NCBI GenBank assembly: GCA_030390025.1
Contig: CM059431.1
Span: 156,428,001-156,492,000, forward strand
Direction of reading: 5' to 3'
Length of the DNA: 64,000 nucleotides
DNA from: Squalus acanthias
Lineage: Eukaryota
This document shows, piece by piece, positions 50,401 to 64,000 of this stretch. Below the pieces are notes generated by a model that was given only the letters and a program-made list of their open reading frames with translations, was not told the DNA's origin and made no database searches. Position 1 is the first letter of the stretch. Each line of letters starts with the position of its first letter. A program made the position numbers and the translations under genes.

Positions 50401-53400
50401 GGACCAATCCTCTACGGGTTACACACTGTATGCTTTCATTGGGCCCATCTCCCCCGGGTTACACGCTGTCAGATCTCTATGGCTCCAACCTGCCCTGGTT
50501 ACACAATGTTTGATCTCACTGGAAACATCCTCCCCGGATTATAAACTGACTGATCTCACTGGGCACATCCTCCCTTTGTTACAACTTGTCTGTTCTCACT
50601 GAACCCAACCTCCCGGGTGACAAACTGTTTGATCTCACTGGGTCCATCATCCCCGGGTTACACAGAGTCTGATCTCAGTGGGCCCCTCCTTCCCCGGTTA
50701 CACACTCTGCTCTCTCTGGACCCATCCTCCCCGGGTTACACACTGTCTGTTCTCGTTGGGCCCATCTTCCCCGGGTTACACGCTGTCAGATCTCACTGGC
50801 TCCACCCTGCCCTGGTTCAACAGTGTCTGATCTCACAGGACACATGCTTTTCGGATTATAAACTGAATGATCTCACTGGGCACATCCTCTCTTTGTTACA
50901 ACTTGTCTGTATTCACTGCGCCCATCCTCCCCGTGTTACACACTGCCAGATCTCACTGGAGCATCATCCCCCGGTTACACACTGTCTGCTCTCACTGGCC
51001 CCATCATCCACGGGTTAGACAACGCCGGATCTCACTGGCACCATTCTCCCCGGGTTACACACTATCTGATTTCACTGAGCCCATCATCTACAGGTTACAC
51101 ACTGTCTGCTCTCACTGGACCCATCCTCTCCGGATTACACCCTGTCTGATCTCACTGGGCTAATCTTCCCCGTGTTACACCCTGTCTGATCCCACTGAGG
51201 TCTATATCCCTTTGTTACACATTGTCTGTTATCACTGGCCCACCCTTCCCGTTTTACACACTGTCTGATCTCACTGTGCCTATCCTCCCGGGTTACACAC
51301 TGTCCGCTCTCACTAGATTCATCCTCTACGGGGATCTCACTGTCTGCTCTCACTGTGCTCCTCCTCCCAGGATTACAAACTGTCTGATTATCACTGTTCC
51401 CATCATCCCTGAGTTAAAGACTGTCTAATCTCACTGGGCCAATCCTCCCCTTTGTTATACACTGTTTTGTATCATTAGCCCTATCCTCCCCGGTTTACAG
51501 ACTGTCTGATCTCAATGTGCCCATCCTCTCCGGGTTATACACTGCCTGATCTCACTGGATCATTCTCACCGGGATACAAACTGTCTGATCTCACTGGAAC
51601 CAGCCTCCCGGCTTACACACTGTATTATCTCCCTGGGCCTCTACTCCACGGGCTGCACACTGTCTGCTCTCACTGGACTCATCCTCTACGGGTCTCACAC
51701 TGTGTGCTCTCACTGTGCTCGTCCTCCCCGGATTACACACTGTCTGATCTCACTGGGCACATCCTCCCCGGGTTACACACTGTCTGATTTCACTGTACCC
51801 ATCCTCCCCGAGTAACATACTGTCTGATCTCACTAGGCCCATCCTCCCCTGGTTACACACTGTCTGATCTCACTGGGCCCATCCTCCCCGGGTTACACAA
51901 TGTCTGATCACACTCGGACAATTCTCCTCGGGTTACACTCTATGCGATCTCACTGGACAATTCTTCCCCACTGCTCCCCGTGTTACAGATTGTCTGATCT
52001 CAGTCGGCGTATCCTCCTCGGATTACACACCGTCAGCTCTCAGTGGGCCCATCGTCACCGGGTTACACACTGTCAGATTTCAATGGGCCCGTCTTCGTTA
52101 TATTCTTAAATATTGTCTGATTTCATTTGGCCCATGCTCCCCGGGTTACACACTGTCTTCTGTCACAGGGCCCATTGTTCCTTACTTACAAATTTTCTGA
52201 TCTCACTGGGCACAACATCCATGGTTTACACACTGTCTGGTCTCATTTTGCCCATCTTCCATGTGTTGCACACTGTCAGATCTCACCGGGCCCATCCTCC
52301 GCGGGTTACAAACTGTCTGATCTCACTGGGCCCATCCTTCCCGGGATAAACGCTTTATGATCTCACTGGGACCATCCTCCCCGGGTTATACACTTTATGG
52401 TCTCAATGGGCCCACCCTCCCTAGGTTACAGACTGTCCGATCTCACTGGGCTAATTTTTCCTTTTTTACACATTGCCTGATCTCTCTGGGATCATCCTCC
52501 CCGAGTTACGCAATTTCTGTATCACTGGAAAAATCCTCCCCGGGTTTAACACTTTCTGATATCCCTGGGCCTTTCCTCCTCGGGTTACACACAGTCTGAA
52601 GTCATTGGTGCCAACTTCCCCCGGTTGAAAACAGCCTGATTTAACTGACACATCCTCCCCGGGTTACACACTGCCTGATCTCAATGGGCTCATCCTCCGG
52701 GGTTACATACTGTCTGATCACACTGCGTCCAACCTCCCCGGGTTACACAATGTCTGATCTCAGTGGACCCATCCGCCCCGGGTTACACACTGTCTGATCT
52801 CACTGACTCCAGCCTTCCCGGGGTTACACACTGTCTGATCTCACTGGACCCATTCTTCCCAGGTTACACACTGTCCAATCTAACTAGGTCCATCCTCCCC
52901 GGGTTACACACACTTTCTGATTTCATTGTACCCATACTCGCCGGATTATAGTCTGTCCGATCTCACTGAGCCCATCCTCCCCTTTGTTATTCATTGTTTG
53001 GCCTCATTCACACCATCCTCCGCAGGTTACAGACTGTCTGATTTCACTGGGCCCATTCTCCCAGGGATACAAACTGATTGTTCTCCTTGGGCCTATCCTC
53101 CCGGGGTAATGGACAGTCTGATCTCACTACGTCCATCCTCTCCAGTAACATACTGTTTGACATCACTGGGCCCATCCTCCCCGGTTACACACTGTCTGAT
53201 CTCACGAGACCCACCCTTAACGGGTTGCCCGCTCTCTGTTCTCACTCGGCCCCAATTCCCGGGTTTCAAACTGTCTGATCTCACTGGGTCCGTCATCCCT
53301 GGTTTACACACAGTCTGATCTCAGTTTGCCCCTCCTTTCCCGGTTACACACTCTCTGCTCTCACTGGACCCATCGTCTACGGATTACACACTGTCTGTTC

Positions 53401-56400
53401 TCATTGGGCACATCCACCCCGGTTTATACGCCGTCAGATCTCACTGGTTGCAACCTGCACTGGTTACACAATGTCTGATCTCACTGGACACATCCTCCCC
53501 GGATTATAAACTGACTGGTCTCACTGGGCACATCTTCTCTTTGTTACAACTTGTCTGTTTTCACTGGGGCCATCCACCCCGTGTGACAAACTTTTTGATC
53601 TCACTGGGCCATTATCCCCGGGTTACAGACTGTCTGATCTCAATGGACTGATCGTCCCCGGGTTACACGCTGTATGATCTCACTGGGCACATCCTCCCCT
53701 GGTTACATACCGTCTGCTCTCACTGGAACCATCCTCTCCGGATTATACACTGTCTGATCTCACTGGGCCCATCCTCCCCGTTTTATACACTTTCTGATCT
53801 CACTGGGCCCAGCCTCCCGGGATACACACTGTATTATCTCACTGGGCCTCTCCTACCCGGGCTACACACTGTCTGCTCTCACTAGACTCATCCTCTACGA
53901 GTTTCTCACTGTCTGCTCTCACTGTGCTCATCCTCCCCTGATTACAAACTGTCCGATTTCACTGAGCCCATCCTCCCCGGGTTCAAGACTGTCTGTGCTC
54001 ACTGGGCCCATCCTCCCCTTTGTTATACACTGTTTTGTATCATTCGCCCTTTCCTCACCGTTTTAAAGACTGTCTGAACTCACTGGGCCAATCTTCGCGC
54101 GTTACGCACTGTCTGATCTCACTGGGCCCCTTCTCCCCGGGTTACAAATTGTCTGATCTCACTGGAACAGCCCTCTACGGTTTGGAGACGGTCTGATCTC
54201 ACTGGTCCCATCCTCCTGGGATACAAACTGTATTATCTCACTGGGCCTCTCCTCCCCGGGCTACGCGCGTTCTGCTCTCACCAGACTCAACCTCCACGGG
54301 TTTCACACTCTCTCCTCTCATCATGCTCATCCTCCCCGGATTACACACTTTCTGATCTCAGTGGGAACATCCTCCCCTTGTTACACACTGTCACATCTCC
54401 CTGGGAACATCTTCCACGGATTTCACATTGTCTGCTTTCACTGGACCCATCCGCTCCGGATTATACACGCTCCGATCTCACTGGGCCCATACTCCCCGGT
54501 TTACACACTGTCTCATCCGACTGGGTCAATGCTTTCCGGTTAACACAATGTCTGATCTCACTGGACCCATCCTTCCCGCGCTACACACTGCATGATCTCA
54601 CTGGTCTAATCTTCCCTTTGTTACACCTTGCCTGATATCACTGGGCACTTCCTCCCCGGGTTACACACCGTCTGCTTTCACTGGGCCCATCATCTACGGG
54701 TTACACACTGCATGGTCTCGCTGGACTCAACATCCCCGGGTTACACCCTTTCTTATCTCAGTGGGACCCTCCTCACCGGGTTACACACTCTGTACTCTTA
54801 ATGGACGCATCCTCTACGGGTTACACACTGTCTGCTCTCTCTGGGCCTATCCTTCCAGGATTATAAACTGTTTGATTTCATTGGTCCCATCCTCACCGGT
54901 TTAGAATCTGTCTGATCTCACTGGGTCATTCAAACCCGGGTTACACACAGTCTGATCTAAGTGGGCCCCTGCTTCCCAGGTTACAAACTCTCTGCTTTCA
55001 CTGGACCCATCCTCTACGGGTTACACACTTTCTGTTCTCATTGGGCCCATCCTCCCCGGGTTAAACACTGTCTGTTCTCATTGGCTCCAACCTGCCCTGG
55101 TTACAGAATGTCTGATCTCACTGGACTCATCCTCCCCGGATTATACAATGACTGGTCTCACTGGGCACATTCCTCCCTTTGTTACAACTTGACTGTTTTC
55201 ACTGTGCCCATCCTCCCCGTTTTACAAATTATCTGATCTCACTGGGCCCATCCTCCCTGGATACACACTGTATTATCTCACTGGGCTTCTCCTACCCGGG
55301 CTACACACTGTCTGCTCTCACTAGACTGATCCTCTGAGGTTTTCTCACTGTCTGCTCTCACTGTGCTCATCCTCCCCGGATTACAAACTGTCTGATTTCA
55401 CTGTACCCATCCTCCCCGGGTTCAAGACTGTCTGTGCTCACTGGGCACATCCTCCCCTTTGTTATACACTGTTTTGTATCATTCGCCCTTTCCTCACCGG
55501 TATAAAGACTGTCTGATCTAACTTGTCCAATCTTCCCGTGTTACGCACTGTCTGACCACACTGGGCCCCTTCTCCCGGGATACACAATGTCTGCTCTCAC
55601 TGGACACAACCTCCACGGGTTCCACACTCTCTCCTCTCATCGTGCTCATCCTGCCCGGATTACACACTGTCAGATCTCCCTGGTTACATACTCACCGGGT
55701 TACACACTGTCTGATCTCAGTGGGAACGTCCTCCCCGGGAGAGACACTGTCTGCTTTCACTGGGCCAATCCGCTCCGGATTATAAACGCTCTGATCTCAC
55801 TGCGCCCATCCTCCCCGGTTTACACACTATCGGATCTCACTGGGTCAATGCTCTCCGGGTTACACAATGTCTGATCTCACTGGACCCATCCTCCACGCGT
55901 TACACACTGCATGATCTCACATATCTAATCTTCCCTTTGTTCCACCTTGACTGATTTCACTGGGCCCATCCTCCCCGTGTTGTACACTGTCTGTTATCAC
56001 TGGACACTTCATCATCGTGTTTGACACTGTCTGATCTCACTGGGCTCATCCTCCCCGTGTTACACACCGTCTGCTTTCATTGTCCCATCATCTATGGGTT
56101 ACACACTGTATGATCGCGCTGGGCTCTACATCCCCGGGTTAAACACTTCCTCATCTCAGTGGGCCCCTCCTCACCAGGTGACACACTCTGTACTCTAAAT
56201 GGACGCTTCCTCTACGGGTTACAAACTGTCTGCTCTCAGTGGGCCTAACCTCTCAGGACTATAAACTGTCTGATTTCCTTGGTCCCATCCTCCCCGGTTT
56301 AGACATGGCTGATCTCACTGGGTCCATCAAACCCGGCTTATAAACAGTTTGATCTCAGTGTGACCCTGCTTCCCAGGTTACACACTCTCTGCTGTCACTG

Positions 56401-59400
56401 GACCCATCCTCTACGGGTTGCACACTGTCTGTTCTCATTGGGCCCATCCTTTACGGTTTGCACAGTCAGATCTCACTGGCTCCAGCCTGCACTGGTTACA
56501 CGATGTCTGATCTCACTGGACACGTCTTCCCCGGATTATACACTGACTGATCTCACTGGGCACATCATTCCTTTTTTACAACTTGCCTGTTTTCACTGCG
56601 CCCAACCTCCCCGGATTACACACTGTCTGATCTCAACGGAACCATCCTCCCCGCGTTACACGCGGTCAGATCTCACTGGGCACATACTCCCCGGGTTACA
56701 CCCTGTCTGCTCTCACTGCACCAATCTTCTCCGAATTATACACAGTCTTATCTCACTGGGCCCATCATCCCGCGTTACACACTGTCTGATCTCAATCTGC
56801 CCATCCTAAGCGCGTTATAAACGGTCTGCTCTCACTAGACCCACCCTCTACGGGTTGCACGCTATCTGTTCTCAATGGGCCCAACCTCCCGGTTTACAAA
56901 CTGTCTGATCTCACTGAGCCCAACCTCCCCGGGTTACACACTGTCTGATCAAACTGGGCCCATCATCATCGGGATACACACTGTCTGAACTCACTGGGCC
57001 CATCGTCCCCGTGAAAGACAACGTCTGATCTCAATGGACCCATCCACCCCGGGTTACACGCTGTCTGATCTCACTGGGCCCATCCTCCCCGGGTTACACG
57101 CTGTCTGATCTCACTGGGCCCATCCTCCCCCGGTTACACTCTGTCTGATCTCACTGGGCAAATACTCCCCGGGTTACACACCGTCTACTCTCACTGGGCC
57201 CATCCTCCCCTTTGTTATACACTGTTTAGTGTTATTCGCCATTTCCTCACCGGTATAAAGACTGTCTGATCTCACTGGGCCCATCTTCCCGAGTCACACA
57301 CTGTCTGATCTTAATGTGCACATCCTCCGCGGCGTGTACACTGTCTGCTCTCACCGGGCCCATTCTCCCCGGGTTACAAATTGTCTGGTCTCACTGGACC
57401 CACCCTCTACGGTTTGCACACTGTCTGATCTCACTGTGCCCATCCTCCCGGGATACACACTGTATTATCTCACTGGGCCTCTACTCCCCGGGCTACACAC
57501 TGTCTGCTCTCACTGGACTTATCCTCTCCGGATTTCACACTGTCTGATCTCACTGGGCACATCCTCCCCTTGTTACACACTCTCAGATCTACCTGGGAAC
57601 TTCCTTCCCGGGTTTCACTTTGTCTGATTTCACTGTACCAATCCTCCTCGAGTTACAGACTGTCTGATATCCCTGGACCCATGATCCCAGGGTTACACAC
57701 TGCCTGATCTCACTGGGTACATCCTCCCCGGGAGAGACACTGTCTGCTTTCACTGGGCTCATCCTCTCCGGATTATACACGCTCTGATCTCACTGGGCCC
57801 ATCCTCCCCGGTTTACACACTCTCTGATCTCCCTGGGTCATTGCTCTCCGGGTTACACAATGTCTGATCTCACTGGACTCATCCTCCCCGCGTAACACAT
57901 TGCCTGATCTCACTGGTCTAATCCTCCCTTTGTTACCCCTTGTCTGTTTTCACTGGGCGAATCGTCCCCCTTGTTATACACTGCCTTTTATCAATGGGCC
58001 TTTTCTCCCCGTGTTACAAACTGTCTGATCTCATTGGGCCCATCCTCCCCGGGTTAAACACCGTCTGCTTTCACTGGGCCCATCATCTACGGGTTAAACA
58101 CTGTATGATCTCGCTGGACACAACATCCCCGGGTTACACACTTTCTGATCTCAGTGGGCCCCTCCTCACCGGATTACACGCTCTCTACTCTCAATGGATC
58201 AATCCTCAACGGGTTACACACTGTCTGCTCTCACTGGGCCTATCCTCCCATGATTATAAACTGTATGATTTCATTGGGCCCATCCACCCCGGTTTAGACA
58301 CTGTCAGATCTCAGTTGGCCCATCCTCCCCGTGTTGCACACTGTCAGATCTCACTGGGTCCACGCAGCTCTCGTTACACAATGTCTGATCTCACTGGACA
58401 CATCCTCCCTTTGTTTCAACTTGACTGTTTTCACTGGGCCCATATTCCCAGTGTTACACACAGCCTGATCACACAGGGCCATCATCCCCGGGTTACTCAC
58501 TGTGTATCACTCTGGATCCATCCTCCCCGGGAACATTCTGTCTGATCGCAATGGGCTCATCCTCCCCGGGTTACACACTGACTGCTCTCACTGGGTCCAT
58601 TCTCGTCGGGTTACACGCTGTGTGTTTTCACTGGGCCCATCCTCCCCGGGTTACATACTGTCTGCTCTTACTGGGCCCATCCTTAACGGATTACACATCG
58701 CCTGCTCTCACTGGACCCATCCTCCCCGGGTAACACACTGTCTGCTCTTACTGGGCCCATCCTTAACGGGTTACACATCGCCTGATCTCACTGGACCCAT
58801 CCTCCCCGGGGTACTTGCTGTCTGATCTCACTGGACACATCCTCCCCGGATTATACAATGACTGGTCTCACTGGGCACATTCCTCCCTTTGTTACAACTT
58901 GTCTGTTTTCACTGTGCCCATCCTCCCCGTTTTACACACTATCTGATCCCACTGGGCCCATCCTCCCGGGATACACACTGTCTGCTGTCACTAGACTCAT
59001 CCTCTGCGGGTTTCTCACTGTCTGCTCTCACTGTGCTCATCCTCCACGGATTACAAACTGTCTGATTTCACTGTACCCATCATCCACGGGTTCAAGACTG
59101 TCTGTGCTCACTGGGCCCATCCTCCACTTTGTTATACACTGTTTTGTATCATTCGCCCTTTCCTCACCGGTATAAAGACTGTCTGATCTCACTGGGCCAA
59201 TCTTCCCGCGTTACGCACTGTCTGACCTCACTGGGCCCCTTCTCCCGGGATGCACACTGGCTGCTCTCACTAGACACAACCTCCACGGGTTCCAAACTCT
59301 CTCCTCTCATCGTGTTATCCTCCCCGGATTACACACTATCAGATCTCCCTGGGAACAACCTCCCCGGGTTACGCACTGTCTGATCTCAGTGGGAACCTCC

Positions 59401-62400
59401 TCCCCGGGAGAGACACTTACTGCTTTCAATGGGCCCATCCGCTCCGGATTTTAAACGCTCTGATCTCTCTGCGCCCATCCTCCCCGGTTTACACACTATC
59501 GGATCTCACTGGGTCAATGCTCTCCGGGTTACACAATGTCTGATCTCACTGGACCCATCCTCCACGCGTTACACACTGCATGATCTCACATATCTAATCT
59601 TCCCTTTGTTACACCTTGACTGATTTCACTGGGCCCATCCTCCCCGTGTTGTACACTGTCTGTTATCACTGGACACTTCATCCTCGTGTTTGACACTGTC
59701 TGATCTCACTGGGCCCATCCTCCCCGGATTCCACACCGTCTGCTTTCATTAGGCCCATCATCTATGGGTTACACAGTGTATGATCGCGCTGGGCTCTACA
59801 TCCCCGTGTTAAACACTTTCTGATCTCAGTGCGCCCCTCCTCACCGGGTGACACACTCGCTACTCTAAATGGACGCATCCTCTATGGGTTACCCACTGTC
59901 TGCTCTCACTGGGCCTAATCTCCCAGGATTATAAACTGTCTGATTTCTTTGGTCCCATCCTCCCCGGTAAGACACTGTCTGATCTCACTGGGTCTACCAA
60001 ACCCGGCTTACACACAGTCTGACCTCAGTGGGCCCCTGCTTCTCAGGTTACACACTCTCTGCTGTCACTGGACCCATCCTCGACGGGTTGCACACTGTCT
60101 GTTCTCATTGGGCCCATCCTCCGCGGGTTACACGCTGTCAGATGTCACTGGCTCCAACCTGCCCTGGTTACACAATGTCGGATCTCACTGGACACGTCCT
60201 CCCCAGATTATATACTGACTGATCTCACTGGGCACATCCTCCCTTTTTTACAATTTGCCTGTTTTCATTGGCCCAACCTCCCCATGTTACACACTGCCTG
60301 ATCTCACTGGGCCATCATTTCCGGATTACACACTGTCTGCTCTCAGTGGACCCATCCTCCCCGGGATACACAACGCCTGATCTCAATGGAACCATCCTCC
60401 CCGGGTTACACGCTGTCTGATCTCACTGGGCACATACTCCCCGGTTTACACCCTGTCTGCTCTCACTGCACCAATCTTCTCCGAATTATACACAGTCTTA
60501 TCTCACTGGGACCAACTTCCCGCGTTACACACTGTCTGATCTCAATCTGCCCATCCTCCGCGCGTTATAAACGGTCTGCTCTCACTAGACCCACCCTCTA
60601 CGGGTTGCACGCTATCTGTTCTCACTGAGCCCAACCTCCCGGTTTACAAACTGTTTGATCTCACTGAGCCCATCCTCCCCGGCTTACACACTGTCTGATT
60701 ACACTGAGCCCATCCTCCCCGGGTTACATACTGTCTGATCTAATGGTCCCATCATCATCGTGTTATACACTGTATGATCTCACTGGGCCCATCGTCCCCG
60801 TGAAAGACAACGTCTGATCTCAATGGACCCATCCACCCCGGGTTACATGCTGACTGATCTCACTGGGCCCATCCTCCCCGGGTTACACACCGTCTGATCT
60901 CACTGGGCCCATCCTCCCCGGGTTACACACCGTCTGCTTTCATTAGGCCCATCATCTATGGGTTACACACTGTATGATCGCGCTAGGCTCTACATCCCCG
61001 TGTTAAACACTTTCTGATCTCAGTGCGCCCCTCCTCACCGGGTGACACACTCTCTACTCTAAATGGACGAATCCTCTATGGGTTACAAACTGTCTGCACT
61101 AACTGGGCCTAACCTCCCAGGATTATAAACTGTCTGATTTCTTTGGTCCCATCCTCCCTGGTTTAGACACTGTCTGATCTCACTGGGTCCATCAAACCCG
61201 GCTTACACACAGTCTGATCTCAGTGGGCCCCTGCTTCCCAGGTTACACACTCTCTGCTTTCACTGGACCCATCCTCTACGGGTTGCACACTGTCTGTTCA
61301 CATTGGGCCTATCCTCCCGGGGGTTCACGCTGTCAGATCTCACTGGCTCCAACCTGCCCTGGTTACACAATGTCTGATCTCACTGGACACGTCCTCCCCT
61401 GATTACACACTGACTGATCTCACTGGGCACATTCGCCCTTTTTTACAACTTGCCTGTTTTCACTGGGCCCAACCTCCCCATGTTACACACTGCCTGATCT
61501 CACTGGGCCATCATTTCCGGATTACACACTGTCTGCTTTCAGTGGACCCATCCTCCCCGGGATACACAACGCCTGATCTCAATGGACCCATCCTCCCCGG
61601 GTTACACGCTGTCTGATCTCACTGGGCACATACTCCCCGGGTTTCACGCTGTCTGCTCTCACTGCACCAATCTTCTCCGAATTATACACAGTCTGATCTC
61701 ACTGGGCCCATCCTCCCGCGTTACACCCTGTCCCTTCTCAATCTGCCTATCCTCCGCGCGTTATAAACGGTCTGCTCTCACTAGACCCACCCTCTACGGG
61801 TTGCACGCTATCTGTTCTCACTGGGCCCAACCACCCGGTTTACAAACTGTCTCATCTCACTGAGCCCATCCTCCCCGGGTTACGCACTGTCTGATCACAC
61901 TGGGCCCATCCTCCCCGGGTTACACACTGTCGGATCTCATGGGCCCATCATCATCGGGATACACACTGTCTGATCTCACTGGGCTCATCCTCCCTTCTTT
62001 ACAACTTGTCTGTTTTCACTGGGCCCATCCTCCCCGGTTACACACTGCCTGATCTCACTGGGCCATCATCCACGGGTTACACAATATCTGATCTCACTGG
62101 GCCCATCGGCCCCGGGAAAGACAACGCCTGATCTCAATGGAACCATCCACCCCGGGTTACACACCGTCTGATCTCACTAGGCCCATCCTCCCCTTTGTTA
62201 TACACTGTTTAGAGTTATTCGCCATTTCCTCACCGGTATAAAGACTGTCTGATCTCACTGGGCACATCTTCCCGCGTCACACACTGTCTGATCTCAATGT
62301 GCACATCCTCCGCGGCTTATTCACTGTCTGCTCTCACTGGGCCCATTCTCCCCGGGTTACAAATTGTCTAATCTTACTGGACCCACCCTCTACGGTTTGC

Positions 62401-64000
62401 TCACTGTCTGATCTCACTGTGCCCATCCTCCCGGGATACACACTGTATTATCTCACAGGGCCTCTCCTCCCCGGGCTACACACTGTCTGCTCTCACTAGA
62501 CTTATCCTCTCCGGATTACACAATGTCTGATCTCACTGGGCACATCCTCCCCTTGTTACACACTCTCAGATCTCCCTGGGAACATCCTCCCCGGGTTTCA
62601 CTTTGTCTGATTTCACTGTACCCATCATCTCCGAGTTACATACTGTCTGATATCCCTGGACCCATCATCCCAGGGTTACACACTGCCTGATCTCACTCGA
62701 TCCATCCTCCCCGGGAGAGACACTGTCTGCTTTCACTGGGCTCATCCTCTCCGGATGATACACGCTCTGATCTCACTGGGCCCATCCTCTCCGGTTTACA
62801 CACTGTCTGATCTCCCTGGGTCAATGCTCTCCGGGTTACACAATGTCTGATCTCACTCGACGCATCCTCCCCGCGATACACATTGCCTGATCTCACTGGT
62901 CTAATCCTCCCTTTGTTGCCCTTGTCTGTTTTCACTGGGCGAATCCTCCCCCTTTTTATACACTGCCTGTTATCAATGGGCCTTTTCTCCCCGTGTTACA
63001 CACTGTCTGATCTCATTGGGCCCATCCTCCCCGTGTTAAACACCGTCTGCTTTCACTGGGCCCATCATCTACTGGTTAAACACTGTATGATCTCGCTGGA
63101 CACAACATCACCGGGTTACACACTTTCTGATCTCAGTGGGCCCCTCCTCACCGGATTACACACTCTCTACTCTCAATGGATCAATCCTGAACGGGTTACA
63201 CACTGTCTGCTCTCACTGGGCCTATCCTCCCATGATTATAAACTTTATGATTTCATTGGGCCCATCCACCCCGGTTTAGACACTGTCAGATCTCACTGGG
63301 CCCTTCCTCCCCGTGTTGCACTCTGTCAGATCTCACTGGGTCCAAGCTGCCCTCGTTACACAATGTCAGATCTCACTGGACACATCCTACCTTTGTTACA
63401 ACTTGTCTGTTTTCACTGGGCCCATATTGCCCGTGTTACACTCAGCCTGATCCCTCAAGGCCAGCATCCCCGAATTACTCACTGTGTATCGCTCATAATC
63501 CTCATAATCCATCCTCCCGGGAACATACTGTCTGATCTCACTGGGCCCATCCTCCCCGGGTTACACACTGTCTGCTCTTACTGGGCCCATCCTCACCGGG
63601 TTACACATCGCCTGATCTCACTGGAGCCATCCTTCCCGGGTTACTCGCTGTCTGATCTCACTGGACCCATCCTCCACGGTTTATACACCGTCTGCTCTCA
63701 CTGGGCCCATCATCTCCGGATTACACACTGTCTGATCTCACTAGGCCCATCCTCCCCGAGTTACACACTGTCAGATACGACTGGGCCCATCCTCCCCGAG
63801 TGACACACTGTCTGCTTTCACTGGATACATCCTCCAGGAGTTACACATTGTCTGATCCCACAGGGGCCATCCTCCCCGGGTTAAACACTGTCTGCTCTCA
63901 CTGGGCCCATCCTCCCCGGTTTAGCCAGTTATCAGATTTCACTGGGTCCAAACCTGCCCTCGTTACACAATGTCTGGTCTCACTGGACACCTCCTCCCCG
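47440..64000. repeat. 40-bp satellite array (CTGTCTGATCTCACTGGGCCCATCCTCCCCGGGTTACACA)n, running off the window end
   Basis: Uninterrupted tandem units for ~16.5 kb (~400 monomers), diverged monomers, kb-scale internal duplications. Confidence 0.97.

Noticed and set aside
47429..63803. Many ORFs up to 306 aa rich in C/H/P (e.g. 62883..63803), superficially zinc-finger-like
   Set aside because: Translations of the 40-bp satellite cycling through frames; no domain spacing, splice structure or consistent frame
47440..64000. RAG recombination signal heptamers in CACACTGT/ACAGTGTG
   Set aside because: Consensus is not CACAGTG, no nonamer at 12/23 spacing, no V/D/J segments seen

Overview
Vertebrate, very probably shark (elasmobranch) genomic DNA; the host call is inferred from two HE1-type V-SINEs, SacSINE1-like DeuSINEs, abundant CR1/HER1-type LINEs and a shark-type NLR. 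It is not prokaryotic: no operons, rRNA, true tRNA or CRISPR. The only supportable host gene is a minus-strand NLR (NACHT-LRR) immune-receptor gene. Six phase-compatible GT-AG exons (32503 to 20137) can be read by hand. It has an in-frame TAA just after Walker A and a G-to-D change in Walker B, so it is probably a young pseudogene or null allele. The rest is nested retroelements and four tandem-repeat families. The retroelements include a near-complete CR1 at 12.1-16.1 kb, many CR1 fragments, L2-type fragments, and a Penelope-like element with a GIY-YIG domain, a 14-bp TSD and a hammerhead-ribozyme motif. The largest repeat is a 40-bp satellite of at least 16.5 kb with higher-order structure. 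The most striking observation is that two independent Penelope-derived inserts (one a ~200-bp foldback centred on a hammerhead core) sit in the same QHGFxKG|KSCL codons of two different CR1 copies. Repeat boundaries are approximate and family names come from recalled consensus features, not database searches.
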